In this document: piece after piece, positions 12,013-20,453 of the stretch
How positions within the stretch are numbered: position 1 is the first letter of the stretch
Layout: every line of letters starts with the position of its first letter
NCBI RefSeq assembly: GCF_000025945.1
Contig: NC_006138.1
Coordinates: forward strand, 3,450,001 to 3,482,000
Length of the DNA: 32,000 nt
Reading direction: 5' to 3'
Source of the DNA: Desulfotalea psychrophila LSv54
GTDB taxonomy: Bacteria > Desulfobacterota > Desulfobulbia > Desulfobulbales > Desulfocapsaceae
The notes under the pieces: generated by a model
Database searches by the model: none
Told to the model about the DNA's origin: nothing
Seen by the model: the letters and a program-made list of their open reading frames with translations, nothing else
Position numbers and translations under genes: made by a program

Positions 12013-12857
12013 TGCTTGAAGCCCTCCAATTTGAATTTATGCGTAATGCCCTTATGGCGGGAATGCTGGCCAGCATACTCTGTGGCATCATCGGTAGTCT
12101 CATCGTTATTAACCGACTGGTCTTTCTCTCGGGTGGCATCGCCCACAGCGCCTACGGAGGCATCGGTCTGGCAGCATTCTGCGGTTGGCCCTACCTGCTG
12201 GGGGCCACAGGTTTTTCCCTGGTCTCTGCCATGGTTATGGCCGCTGTCTCCATCAAGGCCAAGCATCGGGCCGATACCATCATTGGTGTTATATGGGCCC
12301 TGGGCATGGCCATAGGTATCCTCCTCCTTGATATGACGCCTGGCTATAACGTCGACCTGATGAGCTACCTCTTTGGCAGCATCCTCAGTGTCCCCACTGC
12401 AGATCTGGGCATAATGGCAGCCATAGGCTGCATTATCTTATTTGTGGTAGGATTTTTCTTCAGTGATATTTCGGCGATGTCCTATGACGAGGAATTTGCT
12501 CAGGTACGGGGCGTGCCCGTCCGTCCGCTCTACTTCCTCCTCATCGGCATTGTGGCCATCACCGTGGTGATGGTTGTCCAGCTTGTGGGATTGATCCTGG
12601 TCATAGCCCTGCTGAGCATCCCGGCCCATATCGCTGAAAAGTATACCAAGTCCCTATTAGGAATGATGGGCCTCTCCTGCCTTCTCGGTATGGGATTTAT
12701 TCTGGGCGGACTCTGGCTCTCCTACACCTACGACCTCACCTCGGGAGCCACCATTATCTTCTTTGCCGGAGTCGTCTTCTTTCTCTCTCTAGGCCTGGAC
12801 AAGATAATTTCCTTCCTGCGCAAACGAAGAATCGTCCTAGCCCACAGGCCCTCTTAA
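12012..12857 (+). CDS. znuB: Metal ABC transporter permease
   Basis: MLEALQFEFMRNALMAGMLASILCGIIGSLIVINRLVFLSGGIAHSAYGGIGLA, ABC-3 family permease; overlaps the znuC stop (TGATG). Confidence 0.93.
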   Translation: MLEALQFEFMRNALMAGMLASILCGIIGSLIVINRLVFLSGGIAHSAYGGIGLAAFCGWPYLLGATGFSLVSAMVMAAVSIKAKHRADTIIGVIWALGMAIGILLLDMTPGYNVDLMSYLFGSILSVPTADLGIMAAIGCIILFVVGFFFSDISAMSYDEEFAQVRGVPVRPLYFLLIGIVAITVVMVVQLVGLILVIALLSIPAHIAEKYTKSLLGMMGLSCLLGMGFILGGLWLSYTYDLTSGATIIFFAGVVFFLSLGLDKIISFLRKRRIVLAHRPS

Positions 12858-12915
12858 AGAAGAAGGGCCCGCCAGGTATTCTGACTGTCTACATAGGTAG
12901 TGTTCAAAGACTGAC

Positions 12916-13201
12916 AGGCCGTCTACATCTGTATATTGTCTGTTTCCTCGATGTTTGAGCCTTTATACATTTGTATATTGCCCGTCTACTCGGGTTTTCA
13001 GGCCGTATACATTTGTATATTGCCCGATTACTCGGTGTTTGAGCCTTTATACATTTGTATATTGTCTGTTTCCTCGATGTTTCGGGCTTTATACAGATGT
13101 ATATTGCTTCACTACTGGAGTTTTCAGGATTTATACAGATGTATATTGCGCCAATATTCTGGTTTTCAGGCTTTTTGCATCTGTTTATTCTCTCATGAGC
13201 C
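12916..13201. repeat. 7-unit 42-bp tandem repeat array with palindromic cores
   Basis: Units start at 12916, 12958, 13000, 13042, 13084, 13126 and 13168. Cores TATACA-N2-TGTATA lie at 12964, 13006, 13048, 13090 and 13132, with imperfect cores at 12922 and 13174. Confidence 0.95.
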
Positions 13202-13211
13202 TAAGCTTAGG
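13200..13211. repeat. 12-bp perfect palindrome CCTAAGCTTAGG
   Basis: Direct reading, immediately after the 42-bp array. Confidence 0.8.
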
Positions 13212-13245
13212 GTTTGCCTCAACAGGTAAGGCCTCTTTCTTCAGT

Positions 13246-13277
13246 CGTCATTTTCTTTTACTCAAAAGAAAATGACG
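13246..13277. repeat. 14-bp perfect hairpin CGTCATTTTCTTTT-actc-AAAAGAAAATGACG
   Basis: Direct reading: arms 13246-13259 and 13264-13277, 4-nt loop. Confidence 0.9.
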
Positions 13278-13340
13278 GTTCAATAATGAATAGGTGGAGC
13301 TAAAACAAATCAATCAGACTGTTTAAAGTTTACACTGCAC

Positions 13341-13506
13341 TAGTGCTTTGTAGAGCTTTAGATATCGTAAATATTGTTTAGCCATTTTGGTGCGCTGCAA
13401 GGCACGAATGAAGGAGCATAGCAGCGCTATGTGACCGAATGAGAAACGAAGTCAGCGCGAGAAAAGGGCAAACAATATACGGGGGATAAAGTTTTACAGA
13501 GCACTA
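13341..13506. repeat. 166-bp nested inverted-repeat element (MITE-like or structured RNA)
   Basis: Outer arms TAGTGCTTTGTAGAGCTTTAGATATCGTAAATATTGTTTAGCC (13341-13383) vs reverse complement of 13466-13506 (TAGTGCTCTGTAAAACTTTATCCCCCGTATATTGTTTGCCC). Middle stem GCGCTG/CAGCGC (13392-13397/13453-13458). Inner stem CATAGC-AGC-GCTATG (13417-13431). Confidence 0.85.
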
Positions 13507-14127
13507 AAGGCGAGGCCACTCTGCCAGAAGTTGCTGATAGCGTTCCGGGGTATCTATATCGACAAATTCAGCGGAATCGCTAAATTCAAGACTGCAGAGC
13601 AGATGGGGATGGGCACGAATCACCTGCCGACCACCCTCATCCCCCTCCAGAGCCAATAGCTGAGGGCCAAGAGAGGCGGGAAAGATAACAGGATTTCTAG
13701 GCTTTCCTGCCACCTCGGGGCGAACGATTCGACTCTTATCCCTACTAAAAAGCGCCACCATCCTCTCTATACTTGCCGGACGCAGACAGGGCTGATCCGC
13801 CACCGCAAAGAGAAAACCGTCCTGAGCGCGGCTCAACTCAAGGCCCAAACGTACGGAGTAACTCTGCCCCCTCTCTGGATGACTATTGCGCACCAGATGA
13901 AGAGGATAAGACCCCGCACATCCTGCCACCTGATCGTCTGCGTAGATGAGAAAAACTGATCTAAAGAGATGGTAGGGAAAGGCATCCAGAAACACCTCCA
14001 GCAGTGTTTTACCACCGAGGGGCAGGAGAAGCTTATTGGTGCCCATCCGCCTCGAAAAACCTGCCGCTGGGATAATGGCATCAAGTTCAGGCATAGACCC
14101 TCTCCTCATGGATACTCCCGGCCACAA
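13504..14127 (-). CDS. MocA/MobA-like molybdenum cofactor nucleotidyltransferase
   Basis: LDAIIPAAGFSRRMGTNKLLLPLGGKTLLEVFLDAF...FAVADQPCL...GNPVIFPASLGPQLLALEGDEGGRQVI; a GT-A MobA-like transferase. Confidence 0.88.
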   Translation of the reverse strand: MWPGVSMRRGSMPELDAIIPAAGFSRRMGTNKLLLPLGGKTLLEVFLDAFPYHLFRSVFLIYADDQVAGCAGSYPLHLVRNSHPERGQSYSVRLGLELSRAQDGFLFAVADQPCLRPASIERMVALFSRDKSRIVRPEVAGKPRNPVIFPASLGPQLLALEGDEGGRQVIRAHPHLLCSLEFSDSAEFVDIDTPERYQQLLAEWPRL

Positions 14128-14815
14128 ATTCTCTAGTCGGACACAGTTTTCTCAGGGCACTGGCCTCTTGAAAAAGCTCTGCAGACTCGACCTTGTTCAG
14201 ATAGATCTGCTCCCGGCCATGGGCGCGGGCAAACATACCACAGCCCCCCTCCACCACCCGTCGCAGGTGGTCAAGACTGAGTGCATCACCGGGAGAGGCA
14301 TCGGTAAGCTCCAGAAAGAGAGGGAGACGATGGACAAGACTCTGGTCAATCCGCTCCCCCAACACACTTATATCCAGCACCCCTATACTATGGGTGGTGC
14401 AGGCTGGCACAACCGGCTCCGTCTCCTTCCACCCCTTAAGGGGCAGGCACTTAGAGCCATCGGCCTCTATCAGGACCAGATCAAAAAACTTGCTAGAGCT
14501 CAGCAAAAGAGAATCTGCCAGCCCCGCCAACTTTCCCTCCTCGGCGGGCAGACCGGCAACATAGATCCCGGCCTGAGTTGGCTGGAACGCAAAGCCCTCT
14601 CCACTCAAATCTATCTCATCGTAGAGCTCTGGCTCAGGGACAAAGATCCTGGTACTGGTTGTAACCAGCACCCTCATGCCTCTGGCCCGCGCTTCACGGG
14701 CAATTTGAAACATAAGAGATGTCTTCCCCCCGGCGCCAATGATTGCGGCAACAGAGCCGCAACCAAGGCCAAAGGCTGTGAGAAAACTCTCCTCTCTATG
14801 CCAGTTTTCCATCAT
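14087..14815 (-). CDS. yqeC: Selenium-dependent hydroxylase accessory protein YqeC
   Basis: GSVAAIIGAGGKTSLMFQIAREARARGMRVLVTTSTRIFVPE...VLIEADGSKCLPLKGWKETEPVVP; YqeC-type P-loop and EADGS motif. Confidence 0.88.
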   Translation of the reverse strand: MMENWHREESFLTAFGLGCGSVAAIIGAGGKTSLMFQIAREARARGMRVLVTTSTRIFVPEPELYDEIDLSGEGFAFQPTQAGIYVAGLPAEEGKLAGLADSLLLSSSKFFDLVLIEADGSKCLPLKGWKETEPVVPACTTHSIGVLDISVLGERIDQSLVHRLPLFLELTDASPGDALSLDHLRRVVEGGCGMFARAHGREQIYLNKVESAELFQEASALRKLCPTREFVAGSIHEERVYA

Positions 14816-17099
14816 TCATCCCCAATAGCACCTTTTCAGCAGTTGCCGGTAGATCACGACAAAAGAACCCCGTCGCATTGTAAATTGCCTGAATAATTGC
14901 CGGAGCGGGGGCATTACAGACCACCTCGCCCACCGATTTGGCTCCATAGGGACCCGTCGGCTCATAGCTCTCTTCAAAGGCGACCTGAATACCATGGACA
15001 TCCTGACGACATGGCATACGGTATTCCATAAAGGAGTTAGTGGTAAGGCGACCCTTGGCTGAATAACGCACCTCTTCGTAGAGGGCCAGACCAATACCCA
15101 TCACCACCCCACTTTCCACCTGAATGGTCGCCAGATTCTTATTGATAACAGTACCGCAATCAACCACGGCAACATAGTCTGTGACCTGGGACTCTCCGGT
15201 TTCGAGATCCACCTCCACCTCGGCAAAACCTGCAATAAATGGAGGGGGAGAGGTATCGCCACCAAAGCTGCCCTTACCCACGAGCTGATCCATGCCGGCA
15301 AAAGAAGAAAGAATGGCCGCCAACTCAGAAAGAGAAATCTCTTGACCGGCCTCAGCGCTGAAGACACCTTCATGATAGCTGATATCTGTCAGCGAACAGT
15401 CCATATGCCTGGCCGCAGTTTCCCTCATCTGTCTAAGGAGATCTTCGGCCGACCTGATTGTGGCATTACCTGTGACATAGGTGCCACTGGAGGCATAGGC
15501 ACCCGGATCATAGGGCAGGGTGTCCAGATCAAAACTGGTGACATTAATCTGATCCATTCCCACCTCCAGAACCTCGGCGGCAATCTGATTAAGTACCGTA
15601 TCCGAGCCCTGACCGATGTCTGCGGCCGAATGACTGAGGGTAAAAAAACCATCCTCATTGAGCTTTATCAGTACCGTTGAGGTATCAATTTTGGCAATTC
15701 CTGAACCCTGCATGGTAACAGCCATACCGTAGCCACGCATCTTCGTTGCACTGATCCTTTTGGCGGGATAATTTTCCTCCCAACCGATCAGCTCCTTACC
15801 CCTTCTTATGCAGCTGCCCAGAGAACTACTCTTTAATACCACGGGCTTTTCAGGCGTTGAACCGCAGAGCATGGCACTACTCTCACCTTCGGCGATGAGG
15901 TTCTGCAAACGCAGGGCCGCCGGGTCCATACCGAGCTTTTCGGCAAGCTCATTTATCGCCGATTCCAAGGCAAAGGTGCCCTGAGTCGCGCCATAACCAC
16001 GAAAGGCGCCAGCAGGGGTTTTATTAGTATAGAGGGCATGACCATGATAACGACAGGCACGGGCCTTGCCATAAAGAGGCATGGTCTTCTCTCCCGCCAC
16101 CCAAAAAACAGTGGCCGCATGCTCACCATAGGCCCCGGTATCAGAGAGGCAGTAGATATCAACGGCATTGATATTACCGGCCAGATCAGCACCCAATCGT
16201 ACCCGCATCTGCATGGCATGCCGAGTACTGGTACTGGTAAAGGTCTCCTCACGGCTATAGACAATTCGAGCCGGTTTTCCGGTCTTGAGAGTGACAAGGG
16301 CGGGAAATATCTCCACGGGCGCGCTCTGCTTACCACCAAAGCCACCACCAACCCGAGGTTTGAGCATCTTTATCTTGCTCCGAGGGATATCAAAGATATG
16401 AGCCAGATGACGGCGAATATGAAAGGGCACCTGGGTGGAGGTCATCACCTGCAGACGACCATGAACATCCAAGGAAGTAGAGGCCCGATAGGTCTCCATC
16501 ATGCCATGGGCCTGGGCCTGGGTATTATAGGTCCGATCAATAATCACCTCGGAGGCAGCAAGTTCAGCCTCCACATCACCCCGACCGACATCCTGGCTGG
16601 CAGCAATATTACGCAGGGCATCGTTACCGATATCAAAGTGAGTATAGGGCTGGCTCTCATGTACCTGAACAGCGTTATCCAGGGCCTCTTCCAGGCTTAA
16701 AACTGGAGTAGTAACCTCATACTTCACCTTGATCTTATCGATAGCCTCAAGGGCGGTAATCTCATCAACAGCAGCAACAATGGCCACCTCATCACCCACA
16801 TAGCGAACCCTGTCCTCAAGAATTCTTCTATCATAGGGCGATGGCTCAGGAAAAGACTGACCGGCAAGGGTGAAACTTTTTTCCGGCACATCCTTATGGG
16901 TAAGGACACACTCCACCCCGGGCATGGCCTCGGCAAGGGAGCTATCAATGGAGAGAATTCTGGCCGCAGCATGAGGACTGCGAAGAATCTTTACCACCAG
17001 GGCGCTGTTATTAGTATCCAAATCACTGGTATAGGCAGGTGTACCCTTAACCAGGGCAAGACCGTCTATCTTGGCAATGCTCTTTCCTATATATTGCAT
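14796..17099 (-). CDS. Molybdenum hydroxylase (xanthine dehydrogenase family) molybdopterin-binding subunit
   Basis: GLALVKGTPAYTSDLD; GGGFGGKQSAPVEIFPALVTLKTGKPARIVYSREE; GYGATQGTFALESAINELA; C-terminal YGAKSVGEV active-site-type motif. Confidence 0.93.
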   Translation of the reverse strand: MQYIGKSIAKIDGLALVKGTPAYTSDLDTNNSALVVKILRSPHAAARILSIDSSLAEAMPGVECVLTHKDVPEKSFTLAGQSFPEPSPYDRRILEDRVRYVGDEVAIVAAVDEITALEAIDKIKVKYEVTTPVLSLEEALDNAVQVHESQPYTHFDIGNDALRNIAASQDVGRGDVEAELAASEVIIDRTYNTQAQAHGMMETYRASTSLDVHGRLQVMTSTQVPFHIRRHLAHIFDIPRSKIKMLKPRVGGGFGGKQSAPVEIFPALVTLKTGKPARIVYSREETFTSTSTRHAMQMRVRLGADLAGNINAVDIYCLSDTGAYGEHAATVFWVAGEKTMPLYGKARACRYHGHALYTNKTPAGAFRGYGATQGTFALESAINELAEKLGMDPAALRLQNLIAEGESSAMLCGSTPEKPVVLKSSSLGSCIRRGKELIGWEENYPAKRISATKMRGYGMAVTMQGSGIAKIDTSTVLIKLNEDGFFTLSHSAADIGQGSDTVLNQIAAEVLEVGMDQINVTSFDLDTLPYDPGAYASSGTYVTGNATIRSAEDLLRQMRETAARHMDCSLTDISYHEGVFSAEAGQEISLSELAAILSSFAGMDQLVGKGSFGGDTSPPPFIAGFAEVEVDLETGESQVTDYVAVVDCGTVINKNLATIQVESGVVMGIGLALYEEVRYSAKGRLTTNSFMEYRMPCRQDVHGIQVAFEESYEPTGPYGAKSVGEVVCNAPAPAIIQAIYNATGFFCRDLPATAEKVLLGMNDGKLA

Positions 17100-17548
17100 T
17101 ACTCAACCCCCATATACTTCTTAATGGCCCGCAACTGCCCCTTATAACCGGAGCAGCGACAGAGATTACCGGCAAGATAGTGACGAATATCGTCCTCCGT
17201 CGGTGTCTCCAATTCGCGTCGCATGGCCAAAACGGTCATGACAAAGCCGGGGGCACAGTAACCGCACTGCTCAGCACCCTCCTCCACCATAAAACGACCA
17301 AACTCTTCTGCCTCTTTTTGCAGGGCCTCGATGGTGGTAATTTCCCGATCAAGGGTTCTGGCAGTGAGGGTTGAACAGGAGAGGATCGGTTTACCATCAA
17401 GCCAGACGGTACAAAGACCACAGGAGCCGGTATTGCAACCCTCTTTGACACTGAGATAGCCATAACGTCTGAGGGTGGTTGCCAAAAATTCACCCGGAAC
17501 AAAGTCAAGCACTACTGGACGACCATTAATATTGGTTTTAAGCTGCAT
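17099..17548 (-). CDS. Molybdenum hydroxylase 2Fe-2S subunit
   Basis: GYLSVKEGCNTGSCGLCTVWLDGKPILSC...EQCGYCAPGFVMTVLA...LAGNLCRCSGY. Confidence 0.95.
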   Translation of the reverse strand: MQLKTNINGRPVVLDFVPGEFLATTLRRYGYLSVKEGCNTGSCGLCTVWLDGKPILSCSTLTARTLDREITTIEALQKEAEEFGRFMVEEGAEQCGYCAPGFVMTVLAMRRELETPTEDDIRHYLAGNLCRCSGYKGQLRAIKKYMGVE

Positions 17549-18335
17549 CCCTTACCTCCATAAGACAACGTTTAACAAGAGCGGGACAAACAGCCCGACG
17601 ATAGGCCTCACTTCCCCGAGGGTTGTCGCCAAACTTCAACTCCTCCACAACCATTTGAGCTGCTTTAAGGATGGCAGCATCGGAGAGTCCATGCTCACCG
17701 AGATGAATTTCAGCAAGATTAGCCCGCAGAGATCGTCCCGGCCTGCTACCCACCACAATGCGATAAGTCTTACCCACCTGGGAAACAGCAACATTGAGAA
17801 TAGCATAATCAGTTGCCGACTTACGAACACTGGTATAGGAACCGGCTGTTGCCCCTTTAGGGATGATAATCTTCAGCAGAATATCACGCAGCCCCTTACC
17901 AAGCAGATAGTCTGTAAGACGTACCCTGCCAGCACCGTGGAATAACAACTCGGCATCGAGGGCCACCAGAGCCGTAATAGGATCCGAAAAAGGATAACGG
18001 CCCATGACCGAGCCACCAATGGTCACGCAATTTCGAAGCTGAACACCAACTATATTTTTAACAGAGCGGGAAAGCAGGCCCTGACACATTTCAAGAATGA
18101 GGGGATTGGTTTCAATTTCCCGCAGAGAGGTCATTGCCCCAATCTCAAGACTACTGTCTGAATCCACCACGGTATCAAGACCCAATTTTACTAAATCTAT
18201 TGCCGTATCAATTCTACGTCCGGCAAGACGCAGATAACCACAGCCCCCAAGCACCACACTGGCGGGGACATCCTGAAGTACCTGATACGCATCTTCCAGA
18301 GAAGATGGGCAAAGATAATTGCCTATTTTGAACAT
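17538..18335 (-). CDS. Molybdenum hydroxylase FAD-binding subunit
   Basis: VVLGGCGYLRLAGRRIDTAIDLVKLGLDTV...QLRNCVTIGGSVMGRYPFSDPITALVALDAEL. Confidence 0.92.
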   Translation of the reverse strand: MFKIGNYLCPSSLEDAYQVLQDVPASVVLGGCGYLRLAGRRIDTAIDLVKLGLDTVVDSDSSLEIGAMTSLREIETNPLILEMCQGLLSRSVKNIVGVQLRNCVTIGGSVMGRYPFSDPITALVALDAELLFHGAGRVRLTDYLLGKGLRDILLKIIIPKGATAGSYTSVRKSATDYAILNVAVSQVGKTYRIVVGSRPGRSLRANLAEIHLGEHGLSDAAILKAAQMVVEELKFGDNPRGSEAYRRAVCPALVKRCLMEVRDAA

Positions 18336-18534
18336 AATCGAAAAATCCTTGGTAAATTTTTACCCACAGGGAAAAGCTTAAAAAAGTTAGGTCTTTCAAT
18401 AAAGGCGCATAAAAAATTTCACCACAGACAGCGCTGATATCACAGCCTCTGTGCTTACCTTCAAGGATAAAATTTTTCATGTAACACAAAGATTTGCAGA
18501 AAAGACTATTTTCAAAATTTCCTAAGGGGGAAGA

Positions 18535-19167
18535 CTACATCATATCTAAAAGTTGTTGCCGTAACAGAGCACCCCTATCGTAAACATCTGCCCATTGGTT
18601 ATAGCTATGTCCAAAAAATGGATACCTCTTTTTCAGCCAAAGAGGTAGGCGGTTCGCATAGATCCCCCGCAGATAAAGAAGAAGACCGATGGTACACCAG
18701 GGTTCATCGCTGGCATGCTCAAAGAGAAGCGGTTCCCCAGGCAGGCCGCCATGTTTTTTACAGAGGCGGCGAAGACCCCAATAGTGATTTCGCCAACAAG
18801 ACCTGCAAGAGATAAGAAAATCCACCCTGGTTGCCGCCACAATATCCCCATAGTCCTGCCAAAAAGCGAGGATCGGAGCACTTGGCTGAAAAGACCAGGT
18901 TGGGCCTGCAATAATAATATGGTCATAATGACTACGTTGCAGGCAAGGGTCTTCTATCTGACAGCGCCTGCGCCAAAAGGGTTGCCACATGGCCTTGAGA
19001 AGCGAAAAGTTTGAACGAAGGGGGAGGCGAAGGGGGTGGAGGGGATGTAAACTACATATTTCTAAACAAATTTTCGGGTCAGACAAACCTGAGCTATAGG
19101 CTTCAAGAAGGCCCCTGGTTTGATTAGTTAGAGAATAGTAAACAATGAGTACATGCTTTTTCTTCAT
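18535..19167 (-). CDS. Flavodoxin/NAD(P)H-dependent oxidoreductase-like protein
   Basis: MKKKHVLIVYYSLTNQTRGLLEAYSSGL...YDHIIIAGPTWSFQPSAPILAFWQDY. Start placed at 19167 because the longer ORF to 19263 would run through a terminator. Confidence 0.7.
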   Translation of the reverse strand: MKKKHVLIVYYSLTNQTRGLLEAYSSGLSDPKICLEICSLHPLHPLRLPLRSNFSLLKAMWQPFWRRRCQIEDPCLQRSHYDHIIIAGPTWSFQPSAPILAFWQDYGDIVAATRVDFLISCRSCWRNHYWGLRRLCKKHGGLPGEPLLFEHASDEPWCTIGLLLYLRGIYANRLPLWLKKRYPFFGHSYNQWADVYDRGALLRQQLLDMM

Positions 19168-19216
19168 AGGTTTTACCCCCAGCCAAAAGAACAGCTTCTG
19201 AAGAGACGAAAAAGGC

Positions 19217-19248
19217 AAAAAAGCCCCCGAAAATTCGGGGGCTTTTTT
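19217..19248 (-). terminator. Strong terminator after dsrP
   Basis: aaaaaagcccccgaa-aa-ttcgggggctttttt: GC-rich stem with T tract, 23 bp past the dsrP stop. Confidence 0.93.
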
Positions 19249-19270
19249 ATAAATCAACCACAAACTAGAA

Positions 19271-20446
19271 CTAGGATTCTATTTCATGCTCCACATCAAC
19301 TACAATCTTATAAAGAATTGTAACAAGGAAGGCACCTACCGCATAAATACCAACGGTAACACCAATCTCATTAGGATGTGGGTAGTACTCTACAATCTGG
19401 TTGAGCGGACTAACGGCCATACCACCAATAACAAAACCGATTCCCTTATCAAGCCAGAGAGCAATAAAAATTGACATACAGGCAAAGGCAATCAATTTCT
19501 CATTCCACACCTTGGAAATTTGCAGATAGCTGAGAATGGCAAGACCTACAACACAGAGAACAACAAATCCCCACATAAATGGAACGAGGTTGTTATAAAC
19601 GTGACCACCATGCTCAATACCAAAGAAGAGATACTGAAGAGTCTCTTTGTGACCAGGAATGTCAGAGTAAAAGCCTACAAAGAACTCAAGACCAACAAAG
19701 AAGGCATTCACAAGAGTTGCATAGATGACGATGGTCATAATCTTGCGGATGGCCTCTTTACCTGCATCAAAACCGGTAAGACGTTTCATCAAGAGTGCCA
19801 TACAAACGATCAGAGCAGGACCGGCGGCAAAGGCAGATGCCAAAAAGCGCGGTGCTGTAATCGCTGACAACCAGAAATGACGTCCTGGCAGACCACAGTA
19901 AAGCATAGCAGTTACGGTGTGAATGGAAACCGCAAATGGAATGGAAGCATATACCAGGATATAGATCCATTTCGGTGGCTTCACGCCCTTACGCTCTGCG
20001 GTGAGAATAACCCAACCACAGATGCCGTTTAAGAGAAGATATCCCCAGAGTACACACATATCCCAAAAGAGCATGGAATTCGGTGTTGGATGGAGAATCA
20101 TGTTCGCACTGCGAACCAAGGTTCCGATATCTACAACAACAAACAACAGGGCAACAATCAATGCAGCAACGGCCAGAAACTCACCCAAAATTGTAATACG
20201 TCCAAAAACTTTATAGTTATGAACATAATACGGCAGGACGAGCATCAAGCCTCCCGCTGCAACACCAACCATGTAGGTAAACTGGGCAATATAAAGTCCC
20301 CAGGAAACATCACGTCCCATTCCTGTCAGGTGCATACCATACATAAACTGTCTGATATAGCAAACCAAGCCGACCACAATAAGCGCCGACAGAAAGGCGA
20401 GCCATGTCCAGTATCTTGTTTTGCCTCTAAGTACTTTTTCGATCAT
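19271..20446 (-). CDS. dsrP: DsrP, NrfD-like integral membrane subunit
   Basis: Polytopic NrfD-family protein (MIEKVLRGKTRYWTWLAFLSALIVVGLVCYIRQFMYGMHLTGMGRDVSWGLYIAQFTYMVGVAAGGLMLVLPYYVHN) next to dsrO. Confidence 0.95.
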   Translation of the reverse strand: MIEKVLRGKTRYWTWLAFLSALIVVGLVCYIRQFMYGMHLTGMGRDVSWGLYIAQFTYMVGVAAGGLMLVLPYYVHNYKVFGRITILGEFLAVAALIVALLFVVVDIGTLVRSANMILHPTPNSMLFWDMCVLWGYLLLNGICGWVILTAERKGVKPPKWIYILVYASIPFAVSIHTVTAMLYCGLPGRHFWLSAITAPRFLASAFAAGPALIVCMALLMKRLTGFDAGKEAIRKIMTIVIYATLVNAFFVGLEFFVGFYSDIPGHKETLQYLFFGIEHGGHVYNNLVPFMWGFVVLCVVGLAILSYLQISKVWNEKLIAFACMSIFIALWLDKGIGFVIGGMAVSPLNQIVEYYPHPNEIGVTVGIYAVGAFLVTILYKIVVDVEHEIES

Positions 20447-20453
20447 GACATCC

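Noticed and set aside
12916-13201. Possible CRISPR array
   Set aside because: Variable stretches are only about 10-12 nt, units are 42 bp with a central palindrome and graded divergence, and no cas genes are in the window.
14036-14896. 286-aa plus-strand ORF opposite yqeC/mocA
   Set aside because: Antisense to two well-supported overlapping genes; the translation has low-complexity, non-protein-like composition. Same reasoning for 16038-16700, 17475-17945 and 15342-15680.
19168-19263. 32-residue N-terminal extension of the flavodoxin-like ORF
   Set aside because: It would be translated through the strong terminator at 19217-19248; the natural start is MKKKHVLIVYYS at 19167.
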